IMG/VR virus record: IMGVR_UViG_3300033498_000048
Location: 160,001-224,000 of that record
Length of the DNA stretch: 64,000 bases
Reading direction: 5' to 3' (one strand)
DNA from: a virus
Taxonomy: Duplodnaviria > Caudoviricetes
The position numbers were made by a program, and so were the translations under genes. The notes beneath the pieces were generated by a model. The model did not search any database. It was not told the DNA's origin and saw nothing but the letters and a program-made list of their open reading frames with translations. Numbering within the stretch: position 1 is the stretch's first letter; every line of letters begins with the position of its first letter. Shown in pieces: positions 48,838 through 58,716 of the stretch.

Positions 48838-49973
48838 ACAAATCCCCTAAGTGATTGATTGTTTGTTTTGTAATAAGTATCATTATAATCATTTTTAAAA
48901 CAATCGTGTTCAAAGTTCAACATTACAACTTGACCCGTGTTCCTAAAATGATTTTGTTTGTCCTTGTGTACACCTTTACATCTTGGGTTATATTCAAATA
49001 GTAAATACTCAGGTAAGCAATTATGTCTAATATTCCAGAATAAATCAAAACGTTTATTCCATTTAATTTCAGCATATTTTATTCTATCGTGAAACATATC
49101 ATTATACACATTTGGATAACGTCTATTTTTCCTATACCACGATTTGTAGCAGCACAAGGTTGATTCTAATGTAAAATAATTTACATCATTAATATAATTT
49201 TCTTCCTTGAACCTACCAATACATTCGCTTAACAGTACACCACCTTCAATTGTTAATGCTTCAATAATACCTTTATCATATTTACCATCAAAATCTGGAT
49301 TAGATTGTGAATGCCAATCTAAATCGTCACGCCCCAATACCTTGCACAAACCATTCCTATGTGATTTACTACCATTCAAATCATGTAAAAACAATGAACT
49401 ACAGCAAATATTTAAGCCTATTATTTTCAAATATTCTAAATATGAAAATGTCGATAGTCTCCCGAATAAGTAAAACTTATCAATTACAGTTTTCCATACT
49501 GTATCAAAATTATCAAATTGGTTGTCGGTATTGCACATTGATGTGAAAAAATTATGTTGAGTATCGTATTTAGAGATTATTTCTTTATAATTTAGAATCA
49601 TATTCTCTAATTTATTTTTTACATATCTCCTATCTGTATCCCAACCAAACTTAGTATAGTTTTCTCTGAAAAAAACAGAAAATTTGTCAATATCGAGTGT
49701 GTTAAAATCACTAAAATTCTCAAACAAAATCCATGATGTAATAATATTTTGACAACAACCATTTAAAAACACCAACCAATATTGCTGCTCTATATTTAAA
49801 TTGTGTATTTTAATTAACTCTGGAATGACATAATACACTGCCCCAGGGTGTGATTTATATTTTAAATGGAATTGATAAAACCTAATAAATGTTTCACGCC
49901 GATATTTGTGTTCCCTGAAATCAGAACCAACAACCAAGTTTGAATCATTGTTGCTGTTAATTTTAAATACCAT
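48825..49973 (-). CDS. aGPT-Pplase2 / amino acid:DNA transferase-like protein
   Basis: DTDRRY, FGRLSTFSYLEYL, SKSHRNGL, FTLESTLCCYK, RRYPNVY. Confidence 0.8.
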   Translation of the reverse strand: MVFKINSNNDSNLVVGSDFREHKYRRETFIRFYQFHLKYKSHPGAVYYVIPELIKIHNLNIEQQYWLVFLNGCCQNIITSWILFENFSDFNTLDIDKFSVFFRENYTKFGWDTDRRYVKNKLENMILNYKEIISKYDTQHNFFTSMCNTDNQFDNFDTVWKTVIDKFYLFGRLSTFSYLEYLKIIGLNICCSSLFLHDLNGSKSHRNGLCKVLGRDDLDWHSQSNPDFDGKYDKGIIEALTIEGGVLLSECIGRFKEENYINDVNYFTLESTLCCYKSWYRKNRRYPNVYNDMFHDRIKYAEIKWNKRFDLFWNIRHNCLPEYLLFEYNPRCKGVHKDKQNHFRNTGQVVMLNFEHDCFKNDYNDTYYKTNNQSLRGFVCKK

Positions 49974-51375
49974 AATTTGTTCCTGTAAAATATTGTAATA
50001 TAGGTTTATGATATTGCTCTAACCAATCTTTGCCATTATCTTTAGTTAGTAAGAACTCATACCACTCCCTAGCACATTCATAATTACCATCTTTTTCTAT
50101 TATATTACCAAAAGAATTTGTTCCAACTCCATTCCAACCTTTGATATTTGAATTGTTTTTCCTCAACTCAACAAATTCTTTTCGGGCTTGCTCATATTCA
50201 TATGTGCCTAGTGATAACATCCCTTCATGTAAAAATGCTATCACACTAACACGTTCAGCATCGGGTTCATGTAACACTATCTCAGTATTACCATGTAAGC
50301 CTTGCATATTATTGATTAATAGTAAATCGCGGGGTCTAATATCAATTGCATATCCAATTTCAGGTAATACTAAATGTCCACCAGAATAATTATCATTTTT
50401 GGATAATACACATAAATTAGCAAAACCTTGTTCCATGTTTGCTGGGTCATAATGTGCTGAGGTTCTGAAATTTTTATTTACAGTAATAGTGGTAAATGGT
50501 GTGTTAGGTACAATGAACTTATTATCTATTTTATCACAAGCTGCTAGTTGATTAGCATACCTAATTGGTAATAACTCTTTGAATAATTGTGCCAGCCTTT
50601 CTAAAAATGGAAAAGATAATTTAAATTTTTCATAGTTGTTTTTTGTGTATGCCGTTTCACGCCCAAACGGAATCCTTGGGTATCTATCATAATATCCAGC
50701 AACCCCAGAGTTTACAAAGTTTGCGTATATTGTTTTTGATATGTACGATTTAACCAATTTACAATTATCTACAATAGTTGTAAATTCATATTGTCCAGAC
50801 TTAATTGTACTAATTAATTCAAAATACCACAATTCAAAATTAAAATTATTTATAATAACTTTATTAGATATGTAAACTTTATCGGTATATTCTGGTTCAC
50901 TTTTATACACCTCAAATATTGATTCCAACTGTAATATTGTTTCAGTTGTAATTCTTTTACAATTAATTAAAATATCCAGTATAGAAAGTTCTTGTTTTGT
51001 TGCTCTGACCCTATTACCATGTAATCTAGTGTTTATTTTTCCACTAGCATTACCTCGATTATCTGTTGGAACTGCTGCGTCAGCCAACCCATCATACCCA
51101 GATTCAACTTCAGATTGAGTGAATGCGTTTTTTCTAAACTTGAATAGTATGTATTTTTCTGGATTTGAATTAACACACCTAATACAATCATCTTTTGTTT
51201 GGCAGTTATTACCTTTAGCATATTTTAATAACCCTCCAGGGTTACAAGAATCATATAGATATAAGTCGGTATCTTCAGTTATTAATGTGTGGTATGATGT
51301 ATCATCTAACCACTCCCTAACCAATTCTTGTTTGTTAGTATAATCTTTAATTGTTAAAACTATTTGTTTAACCAC
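49963..51375 (-). CDS. TET/JBP-family 2OG-Fe(II) dioxygenase
   Basis: TPFTTITVNKNFRTSAHYD (HxD), GGHLVLPE, LHGNT, RVSVIAF; GATAAATA at 51409-51416. Confidence 0.85.
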   Translation of the reverse strand: MVKQIVLTIKDYTNKQELVREWLDDTSYHTLITEDTDLYLYDSCNPGGLLKYAKGNNCQTKDDCIRCVNSNPEKYILFKFRKNAFTQSEVESGYDGLADAAVPTDNRGNASGKINTRLHGNRVRATKQELSILDILINCKRITTETILQLESIFEVYKSEPEYTDKVYISNKVIINNFNFELWYFELISTIKSGQYEFTTIVDNCKLVKSYISKTIYANFVNSGVAGYYDRYPRIPFGRETAYTKNNYEKFKLSFPFLERLAQLFKELLPIRYANQLAACDKIDNKFIVPNTPFTTITVNKNFRTSAHYDPANMEQGFANLCVLSKNDNYSGGHLVLPEIGYAIDIRPRDLLLINNMQGLHGNTEIVLHEPDAERVSVIAFLHEGMLSLGTYEYEQARKEFVELRKNNSNIKGWNGVGTNSFGNIIEKDGNYECAREWYEFLLTKDNGKDWLEQYHKPILQYFTGTNYGI

Positions 51376-51505
51376 ATCAATGCTCCTTGTTTTTGTGTAT
51401 TGTTGTAGTATTTATCACAATAATCAAACGCAACATTTATATTTACACTACCACAACAGTCTGCTAAAATTGTACATTTAAACGTATTAATTTGGAGTCA
51501 TCATT

Positions 51506-52063
51506 ATGTTTGGATTTATTGTTTCGGTATTGTTATTTGTGTTTTTATATTTTATGATACCAGATGATGGAGTAACTATTAAACCAGATGATGGAGTAAC
51601 TATTAAACCTGATATTGGAATATTTGAATCTGATTTAGATTGTATAAGTGAGGCTATTTACTTTGAAAGTAGGGGTGAACCAGAGAGAGGTCAACAACTT
51701 GTTGCGTGGTCAATTATCAACAGAAGTATTGTAACTGGATTAAGTATGTGTGAAGTGGTACATTACCCAATGCAATATTCATATAGGAATTGTATTAATC
51801 CAGATACAAACAAACCTATAAACGCAAAAGAATGGAACAAGATATTGAACAAAGTTTGTCCAGTATTAGTAATGTCGGATTTACAAAGCAAAGCAAACTC
51901 AGAAAGAATTGCAATGGAAGTTTTAGATGATTATAACTTACATGGAGCAACAGAAAACACAACACACTTTCACCATATTCGATTAGGTGGAGTTCGATAT
52001 GGTGGAACAAACTCACAACTTATTGGAAATCAATTGTATTATTCAGCTCCAGACGCACTTTGA
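51506..52063 (+). CDS. SleB-type cell wall hydrolase with N-terminal membrane anchor
   Basis: CISEAIYFESRGEP..GQ.LVAWSIINR...QYS. Confidence 0.85.
   Translation: MFGFIVSVLLFVFLYFMIPDDGVTIKPDDGVTIKPDIGIFESDLDCISEAIYFESRGEPERGQQLVAWSIINRSIVTGLSMCEVVHYPMQYSYRNCINPDTNKPINAKEWNKILNKVCPVLVMSDLQSKANSERIAMEVLDDYNLHGATENTTHFHHIRLGGVRYGGTNSQLIGNQLYYSAPDAL
51560..51607 (+). repeat. perfect 24-nt tandem duplication (PDDGVTIK x2)
   Basis: CCAGATGATGGAGTAACTATTAAA occurs twice in tandem. Confidence 0.9.
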
Positions 52064-52073
52064 AAAATACAAA

Positions 52074-52102
52074 TTGACAGAAATCAGCTTTAGTCATAAA
52101 AT
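52074..52102 (+). promoter_or_regulatory. sigma70-type promoter
   Basis: TTGACA-N17-TAAAAT upstream of the primase-helicase gene. Confidence 0.7.
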
Positions 52103-52198
52103 AGCTTTAGCGAATGAGTATTAAATATATAATGAATGGAAGTGAACAAATACCCATGTGTTTAACCTTAAACCTTAAACTTTTGGATTGTAGATATA

Positions 52199-55096
52199 AT
52201 GGAAACAAGAACCTATACTCAAATATTGGAATTAGATGATTCAACAATTGCCAATAAAGCTTCAATGTGTGGAATCAATTGGGCTAATATCAGAAACTTA
52301 ATTATTCCACAAATTAACATGACCTTTCAAACTGATATTGAACTATCTAAAAAAGATAAAGGACGTGTTAAAGCTTGGATTCAATGTAAACAAGATGATA
52401 ACGGTAATTCATATCCGTTAATTACCTTCAATAATTTTAACGATGGTGGTATCAGTGAAACATATACTGGTATCACTGCTATACATGGAAAAAACAATAC
52501 TAAAAAAACACAATTAAATATCAATCCAGTCGTACAACAGCCAACACAGGCAACAAATCAATTGGACACTTATAACGAATTTCATTCTATATTTGGTACA
52601 CTTCCAACGGTATCAATCAATGATGTTACTTATTTAAATAATAAGGGATTATCAATGAAAGAAGTTCCGAATACATTGGATTTAAGACGTGGAGTTGATA
52701 GTTATAATAAAAAGTTTATTGCATTTCCATTGGTTAATGTACACAATGAAATTGTAGGCTATCAAAAAATCTATGATAAGAAATTCAAACACGGAAACAA
52801 ATTAAAAGATAAAATTGTAGTATTTAAACCAAACACAAAAAATGGTAGTTTTGCAATATTGGGAACAATTACCCAACACACGAAAGTCATTTATTTGTGT
52901 GAGGGTTTAGCAACAGCATTATCAGTTTATGAATCAACTAAAGTTCCAACTATCATTTGTTTAGATTTGGGTAATGTCCATAATGTAATGCAATTATTCA
53001 ATAGCCACGAATTGATATTGGCTATTGATAATGATTATAATTACATCCACGATACACTCGAAAACTTACCACACAATGCTAAAATCATTTTACCAACTTT
53101 AAATGATATGGGAAAATGTGATTATAATGATGTGTATGTTAAATGTGGAAAACAGGAAGTTAAAAAACAATTACTATTCACACATAGTTATATTAAGTTG
53201 AATAGTAAGAGATTAGACATTAATGGATTCAATAGTGGAGTAACCTTAATTAAATCGACATATGAAACAGGAAAAACCTATAATTGTATTCAATATGTCC
53301 GTAAAAATTCAAAATTGAGTGTGTTATATATTGCACATTTAATATCATTGTGTGACCAAGCTGCTACTAAGTTTGCTATTAAAAGTTATAGCAAAGTTAA
53401 ACAGGTTAGCAATGAAAAAAGAATGAGTATTTGTATCAATTCATTGTACAAGATTATTAAGAATAATGTTGTTCCAATATTTGATATTTTAATTCTTGAT
53501 GAAATTGAGCAATTACTTGAAAGACTTGCTAATTCAAGAGCCACCGATATAAGAAATAAGGAAATGATATTCCAAGTATTAGAATATCTTGTTAAAAACT
53601 GTCGACAAGTAATTTGTCTGGATGCTGATTTGAGTAAAGTAACACTTGATTTTATAGAAGCTATTAGAAATGGTGAATCATTCACAATATATGATAATTC
53701 ATATGTACATAAGAAAACGATGTATGTGTATGAGTCTGCTGAGGAAATAATCGAATTAACACAAGAAGCTGTTAATGCAAATGTTCCAACACTGTTTTGT
53801 ACAAACACGCTTAATAGAAGTGAAACCGTGTTTGAACAAATACAATGCTCAAATAAACGGGTAATTAACTCTAAAACTACATCAACGGATGATGTAATTG
53901 AGTTTTTAGAAGACATTGATGTTCATTGTCAACAGGATTTACTAACAATTTGTAGTCCTTCAATAAGCACTGGAGTTAGTATAGAATCTGGACATTACAA
54001 ACTTAATACTGGAATATTTGTTCATAATGTTAATACTCCATTAGATGTATTACAACAATTGGAACGTGATAGAAGAACATTAGACAAACACATTTTTATT
54101 AGTCCATATTCTAATAAAATTGACAATCCTAATTATTCAGATGCAACAGATTTCACATTAAAAATGATTAGTGCTAATGGTGAAATCGTCCATAGAAATA
54201 ATAATTATTCAAAACTGGTTAATAATGTGAATAATAAAAAGATTAAATTAATGTCAAACTTTAAAGGAACATTGTTAGACCTTGCTATAAGTAAAGGCTA
54301 CAATATCATAATGGTTGAACCCAAAATAACTCCAGAAGAAAAAACACGCATAAAAAACGAACAAAAACAAATAACCGAAACACTTGAAAAGGAAAGAATT
54401 GAAATGATTGTCACTTCTAATAAAATTGACGATGAAACATATTCTAATCTTAGGGATTTACAGATTATTACGGAAGATGAACGAGCTGAAATGTCCAGAT
54501 TTGAAATGGAAACATTTTACAACAAAGATATTTCAGAAAAATTAGTTAGATTTGATAATAAGGGTAAAACCAGAAAACAAATTAAATTGTTGCGTTTACT
54601 TAAACAAAACATTGACACAATAAAAGATAGACAGAAGTGGGCATTTAAAGATGTATTCATGGAAGATGTGGACTATAGCTATCTTAGATATACTTTGTAT
54701 TCCAAGTTATTCCACCACATTGGAATTGATATAGACACAATGCAAGTAATTAAAGAACAATATTCCCATAGTGATGCTTTAGATTTTTATAATTGGGTTG
54801 CAAAAAATAAATCAGCATTTTCAGTTGTTTGGTCTATACCAGATGAAAGTAAATTTAGTGCAAATCCGTTTAAATACATTGGCAATTTATTACAAAATTG
54901 TGGACTAAAACAATCCCGAAAATACCAAAAAGTAAATGGTGAAACTTTTACATATTACCAAGTATCACAAGCCTCTATTGACTCACTTGTGCAATATGTT
55001 AATAAATCAGTTGAACCAGGAACTGAAACAAAAAAAGATGTTCCCGTAAAAACAAAAAATAAGTTTGATGTACTAAACAATTCGACTCAATTATAA
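52199..55096 (+). CDS. TOPRIM primase fused to an origin-binding-protein-type SF2 helicase (plasmid Rep-like)
   Basis: LCEGLATALS...LAIDND...DYNDV (TOPRIM); KSTYETGKT, LILDEIEQ, ICLDADL, CSPSISTGVSI, QQLERDR (SF2). Confidence 0.75.
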   Translation: METRTYTQILELDDSTIANKASMCGINWANIRNLIIPQINMTFQTDIELSKKDKGRVKAWIQCKQDDNGNSYPLITFNNFNDGGISETYTGITAIHGKNNTKKTQLNINPVVQQPTQATNQLDTYNEFHSIFGTLPTVSINDVTYLNNKGLSMKEVPNTLDLRRGVDSYNKKFIAFPLVNVHNEIVGYQKIYDKKFKHGNKLKDKIVVFKPNTKNGSFAILGTITQHTKVIYLCEGLATALSVYESTKVPTIICLDLGNVHNVMQLFNSHELILAIDNDYNYIHDTLENLPHNAKIILPTLNDMGKCDYNDVYVKCGKQEVKKQLLFTHSYIKLNSKRLDINGFNSGVTLIKSTYETGKTYNCIQYVRKNSKLSVLYIAHLISLCDQAATKFAIKSYSKVKQVSNEKRMSICINSLYKIIKNNVVPIFDILILDEIEQLLERLANSRATDIRNKEMIFQVLEYLVKNCRQVICLDADLSKVTLDFIEAIRNGESFTIYDNSYVHKKTMYVYESAEEIIELTQEAVNANVPTLFCTNTLNRSETVFEQIQCSNKRVINSKTTSTDDVIEFLEDIDVHCQQDLLTICSPSISTGVSIESGHYKLNTGIFVHNVNTPLDVLQQLERDRRTLDKHIFISPYSNKIDNPNYSDATDFTLKMISANGEIVHRNNNYSKLVNNVNNKKIKLMSNFKGTLLDLAISKGYNIIMVEPKITPEEKTRIKNEQKQITETLEKERIEMIVTSNKIDDETYSNLRDLQIITEDERAEMSRFEMETFYNKDISEKLVRFDNKGKTRKQIKLLRLLKQNIDTIKDRQKWAFKDVFMEDVDYSYLRYTLYSKLFHHIGIDIDTMQVIKEQYSHSDALDFYNWVAKNKSAFSVVWSIPDESKFSANPFKYIGNLLQNCGLKQSRKYQKVNGETFTYYQVSQASIDSLVQYVNKSVEPGTETKKDVPVKTKNKFDVLNNSTQL

Positions 55097-55257
55097 ATCA
55101 ATAGGTTAGCACTTACAACCGTTAAGGTATTATATAACTGTTCCAAATGCTAACTCGTTGTTTAATATACATAAAGTTGTAAGGTATATAAATCAATAGG
55201 TTAGCACTTACAAGTGATAGTTAATTATAAGACCAGTCAAAGTGCTAAGTCATTGAT
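55097..55257. repeat. Cluster 4 of 66-bp palindromic elements (2 units)
   Basis: 55097-55162 and 55192-55257, starting right after the stop codon of the primase-helicase. Confidence 0.92.
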
Positions 55258-55475
55258 TATTACATCATTGTCAATTATAACTGTATTTGGAATAACAATG
55301 ATGTAAATTACTTCTAAAGACCGATAATGGAGCAACTATATGTGACTATGTAAAATGTTTTTCGTGCGATAAAACACACTGGAGTGCAAATTAATGATGT
55401 TTTGTAGACTCAAGAATCATATTGATTCGGTTGAGAATACCCACACGCCTTAAGCAATTGAATCACAAGTTCGAG

Positions 55476-55504
55476 TTGACATTATAATACGAATTGTGTA
55501 ATAT
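55476..55504 (+). promoter_or_regulatory. sigma70-type promoter
   Basis: TTGACA-N17-TAATAT. Confidence 0.6.
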
Positions 55505-55533
55505 AACGTCAACTAAACCAACGGAGTATAAAC

Positions 55534-55722
55534 ATGGAACTAAAATTATACGTTTTGCGACACATAAGTGGAGCTTATATGACTAAATCAGGTGATGTTA
55601 ATAGAGGCAATCAAGCAGATATGGCAATATATACTAAACGACATTTTGCAGAGGCAAAGTTAAGACGGAATTTCACAGTGATTGAATTTGATGCACAATT
55701 AACTGAAGTAGGGATGAGTTAA
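55534..55722 (+). CDS. hypothetical protein
   Basis: ORF with GGAG SD. Confidence 0.55.
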   Translation: MELKLYVLRHISGAYMTKSGDVNRGNQADMAIYTKRHFAEAKLRRNFTVIEFDAQLTEVGMS

Positions 55723-56394
55723 ATGCGAATCATTAGACCTAATGGAATTACAGATTTATATGATTGTATGGCTGGTGTGTGTGGTATAGACCCATTAGTT
55801 ACATTAAAACACAAATCAAAATTTGACAAATGTACAATCACATCGAAAGGTGGCTTTAAATTACAAAATTTTAATTACATAAACAATATAGAAAATCCAA
55901 AAACAAGGACACAAATATATTACACTATTGTTGTTTGTGGAATACCATATGTTATTAGAAAACGTTTAATTGGCTATGAACGTAATACTTGGTCTCCAGA
56001 TAGACCAATGTTCGATAAAATGGTTATATCAAAAGAAGAGTTTTTGATGGAATTTGATAAACCATCATCCAAAATTGTTGATTATGCTGAATCACTAGAG
56101 AAGTATTCTCAACATTGGGTTGATTTTCATAAATTTTACAATTATCCAATTATGTTGTTAGAAAGCGAAACCTATGATAAAGTTAGAAGTGAATACAATT
56201 CAACTGTAAGTAGTGTTGTTCCTATGCTTAATGACTTTAAGTTCGCTCGTGTTAAATCCCCTATGGAATTATATCTCGAAATTCAAAGTTTTATGTTACA
56301 ATTGAAAAATACAAATGTTCCAGTGATTTTATCTGACTCCGACTTAGCAATTAAACACGGATTCAACAAACAGTCATTTAGAAAAAGAAAATGA
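55723..56394 (+). CDS. hypothetical phage protein
   Basis: ORF ending in the ..KHGFNKQSFRKRK pattern. Confidence 0.6.
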   Translation: MRIIRPNGITDLYDCMAGVCGIDPLVTLKHKSKFDKCTITSKGGFKLQNFNYINNIENPKTRTQIYYTIVVCGIPYVIRKRLIGYERNTWSPDRPMFDKMVISKEEFLMEFDKPSSKIVDYAESLEKYSQHWVDFHKFYNYPIMLLESETYDKVRSEYNSTVSSVVPMLNDFKFARVKSPMELYLEIQSFMLQLKNTNVPVILSDSDLAIKHGFNKQSFRKRK

Positions 56395-56468
56395 TAATGG
56401 CAATGTTTCCATTGGAAGCTAACAGAAAATAAATCAGTTGACTAAATACTTAATTTTTAATAGGAAAA

Positions 56469-56950
56469 ATGATGAAAACGTTTAAGCAATTTCTAGGTGA
56501 AGCAACAACAAGTTCATTCGGTATTTTTGACACAAAATACCTGGGTGTCAACGATGCTGAAAAAACAATTAGTGCAAACTATCCTGATAACCTTAACATA
56601 TAAAAGGTATCGAATTTTTCGATACGATTTATATGTCTGATATTATTAGAAAGGCTAGTGCTAAGTTGGACAAGTCAGGTCAAGAATCATATTTAGGTTA
56701 TTTACCCAAAGAAGATTTGTTCATATCAGGGTGGGACACATGGTCAGATGATGAGGAAGATGATTATAGAGATTTTAACCCCACCGAATCATTTAGTGGC
56801 AACTTAGCATTTGTTAAGGTAAATGATAAAGGTGTTGCCAAAGTTATTAATATCTCTGGTGACGCTGGTGATATGATGTACGGGAGTGGTGGTTCACTAA
56901 GTAAATTAAAGAAAGAATATCCTAACTTAGTTAATATTAGATTAGATTAA
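56469..56950 (+). pseudogene. frameshifted capsid-targeted protein (56469-56603 plus 56633-56950)
   Basis: MMKTFKQFLGEA... stops after 44 aa. Removing 2 nt at AACATA-TA-AAAGGT joins it to IKGIEFFDTIY-MSDIIRK of the next ORF. Confidence 0.55.
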
Positions 56951-57109
56951 AATTGGGTTAGTTTGATGTACTTACGCATTTAACGTAATGTCTATCAACG
57001 AATTAGCAAATGGTAGCAGAATCTCGACTGTGAAAATTTAGTCCAACAAAAGAAGACTATGTAATTTGATTATACACAATTGATATTTTTATATACCTCC
57101 CTTACAATA

Positions 57110-57175
57110 AACAACGAGTTAGCACTTGGAACGATTATGTAACTAATACCAGTTTCCAAGTGCTAACTCGTTAAT
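57110..57175. repeat. Cluster 5: single 66-bp palindromic element
   Basis: AACAACGAGTTAGCACTTG-N28-CAAGTGCTAACTCGTTAAT. Confidence 0.9.
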
Positions 57176-57198
57176 TTCCAACTAATACATGGGGACAA

Positions 57199-57600
57199 AT
57201 GATGGCAGTATACACAGCTTCACAATTTGATGAAAAACTATTATTATCGACAATTAAAGCTATAGATTTTGTTAAAGCTGGAGGTGATATTGATGATTTT
57301 GATGGAATAGTTCATTCTAGCTTATCAGATAAACTAAATGATATTATTAATAGGCAAGAATTATTTTATATTATTCCAATTAGAAACACATGGGAAAAGA
57401 AACAATCTAACACTTTGAGCATTTTAAATGATACTATAACATTGTTACGATATGCTATGTTTACATCGGACTTATCTTGGAAAGATTTTAAAAAATTTGA
57501 TGTTGAAATGGCTGATTGTATCAGAAGTTGTGATAGAGAATATATAATTCAATTGTGTGTTAAATGGCTTCTATTTGCAGATTATTATGATTGCAATTAA
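57199..57600 (+). CDS. hypothetical protein
   Basis: ORF. Confidence 0.55.
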   Translation: MMAVYTASQFDEKLLLSTIKAIDFVKAGGDIDDFDGIVHSSLSDKLNDIINRQELFYIIPIRNTWEKKQSNTLSILNDTITLLRYAMFTSDLSWKDFKKFDVEMADCIRSCDREYIIQLCVKWLLFADYYDCN

Positions 57601-57624
57601 CCTATTATCTAATAACCAAGAATC

Positions 57625-58203
57625 GTGAACACTAGAACTAGAATACAAACATCGAATAACTCATCAATCAATATCCACAAACAATTTTTAAATAATGATA
57701 CTGTTACATTTCTAATAAAGTATTATAAAAAATTACCATACTTCCAAGATAATTACAATTTTAATGGAAACATTGTTCAATCGCCAAGGTTGATTTGTTA
57801 TATGGGAGTTAAAAACTATTTTTACAGTGGAATTAACCATGTTCCAATTCCATTCGATAACATCACTAAAACACTATTGGATTTAATTGTGAAGTTATAT
57901 CCATACCAATATAACGGGTGTTTGATTAATTATTATAGAAATGGTAACGATTCTATTGGAATGCACACGGATAATGAATCGTGTATTGATTTATCCGTTC
58001 CAATTATAAATCTATCATTAGGTTCAAATCGAACACTAATTGTAAAGGATATTAAAACAAATGAAAAACACAAAATTCTAATGGAATCTGGTTCATTAAT
58101 TGGTATGATTGGTGATTTTCAACAAGATTGCATACACGGAATTGCAAAAGAAAAGAATATATTAACTCCTAGAATATCTATAACATTTAGAAGATTTAAA
58201 TGA
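57625..58203 (+). CDS. AlkB-family 2OG-Fe(II) dioxygenase
   Basis: LINYYRNGNDSIGMHTD, NLSLGS.R, HGIAK, RISITFR. Confidence 0.92.
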   Translation: MNTRTRIQTSNNSSINIHKQFLNNDTVTFLIKYYKKLPYFQDNYNFNGNIVQSPRLICYMGVKNYFYSGINHVPIPFDNITKTLLDLIVKLYPYQYNGCLINYYRNGNDSIGMHTDNESCIDLSVPIINLSLGSNRTLIVKDIKTNEKHKILMESGSLIGMIGDFQQDCIHGIAKEKNILTPRISITFRRFK

Positions 58204-58204
58204 A

Positions 58205-58680
58205 TACACTCATAAACACTACGATATATCAGCTAGACAGAGTTTATCTCTTTTGTTTCCGCGAGTACCACAACATAAGTTACTATATGAGGACGACACT
58301 ATTGCTAGAATTTGTTTTAGCGATAGTATATCTGGATGTTTAAGTGCAATCTCTGATAAATCACCTTGTTTATATGTTTACAAGGTGGCACACGTTTATA
58401 AAAATACAAAATTTGTTTCTGATATTCCACAGTCACACAATTAAGCGAAATGGCTATTGGAATAAGCAATCGCGACCTAATAAAATATGAACGGGTTGAT
58501 GATGCACATATAACTAATGAGGTTTGGGTATGTGAACCAGTTGGGTTAAAATTGATTGGGGAGATTGTATTATGTGGAAGCTATACATCAATTCTAACAC
58601 ATAGATTTAATAATACAAAATATGATGAAAGTTGTGTTTCCAGATTTCATATTCAAAAATCAAGTCAACCTGAGATATAA
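58205..58680 (+). pseudogene. probable frameshifted phage gene (track ORFs 58253..58444 and 58450..58680)
   Basis: PRVP...EDD..RIC.S.SI.GCL.AI and V.DA..T.E.W are motifs I recall from one phage protein family; here they sit in different frames. Confidence 0.4.
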
Positions 58681-58716
58681 ATATCATATCACAGTTAATA
58701 TTAATTAGGAGCAACA

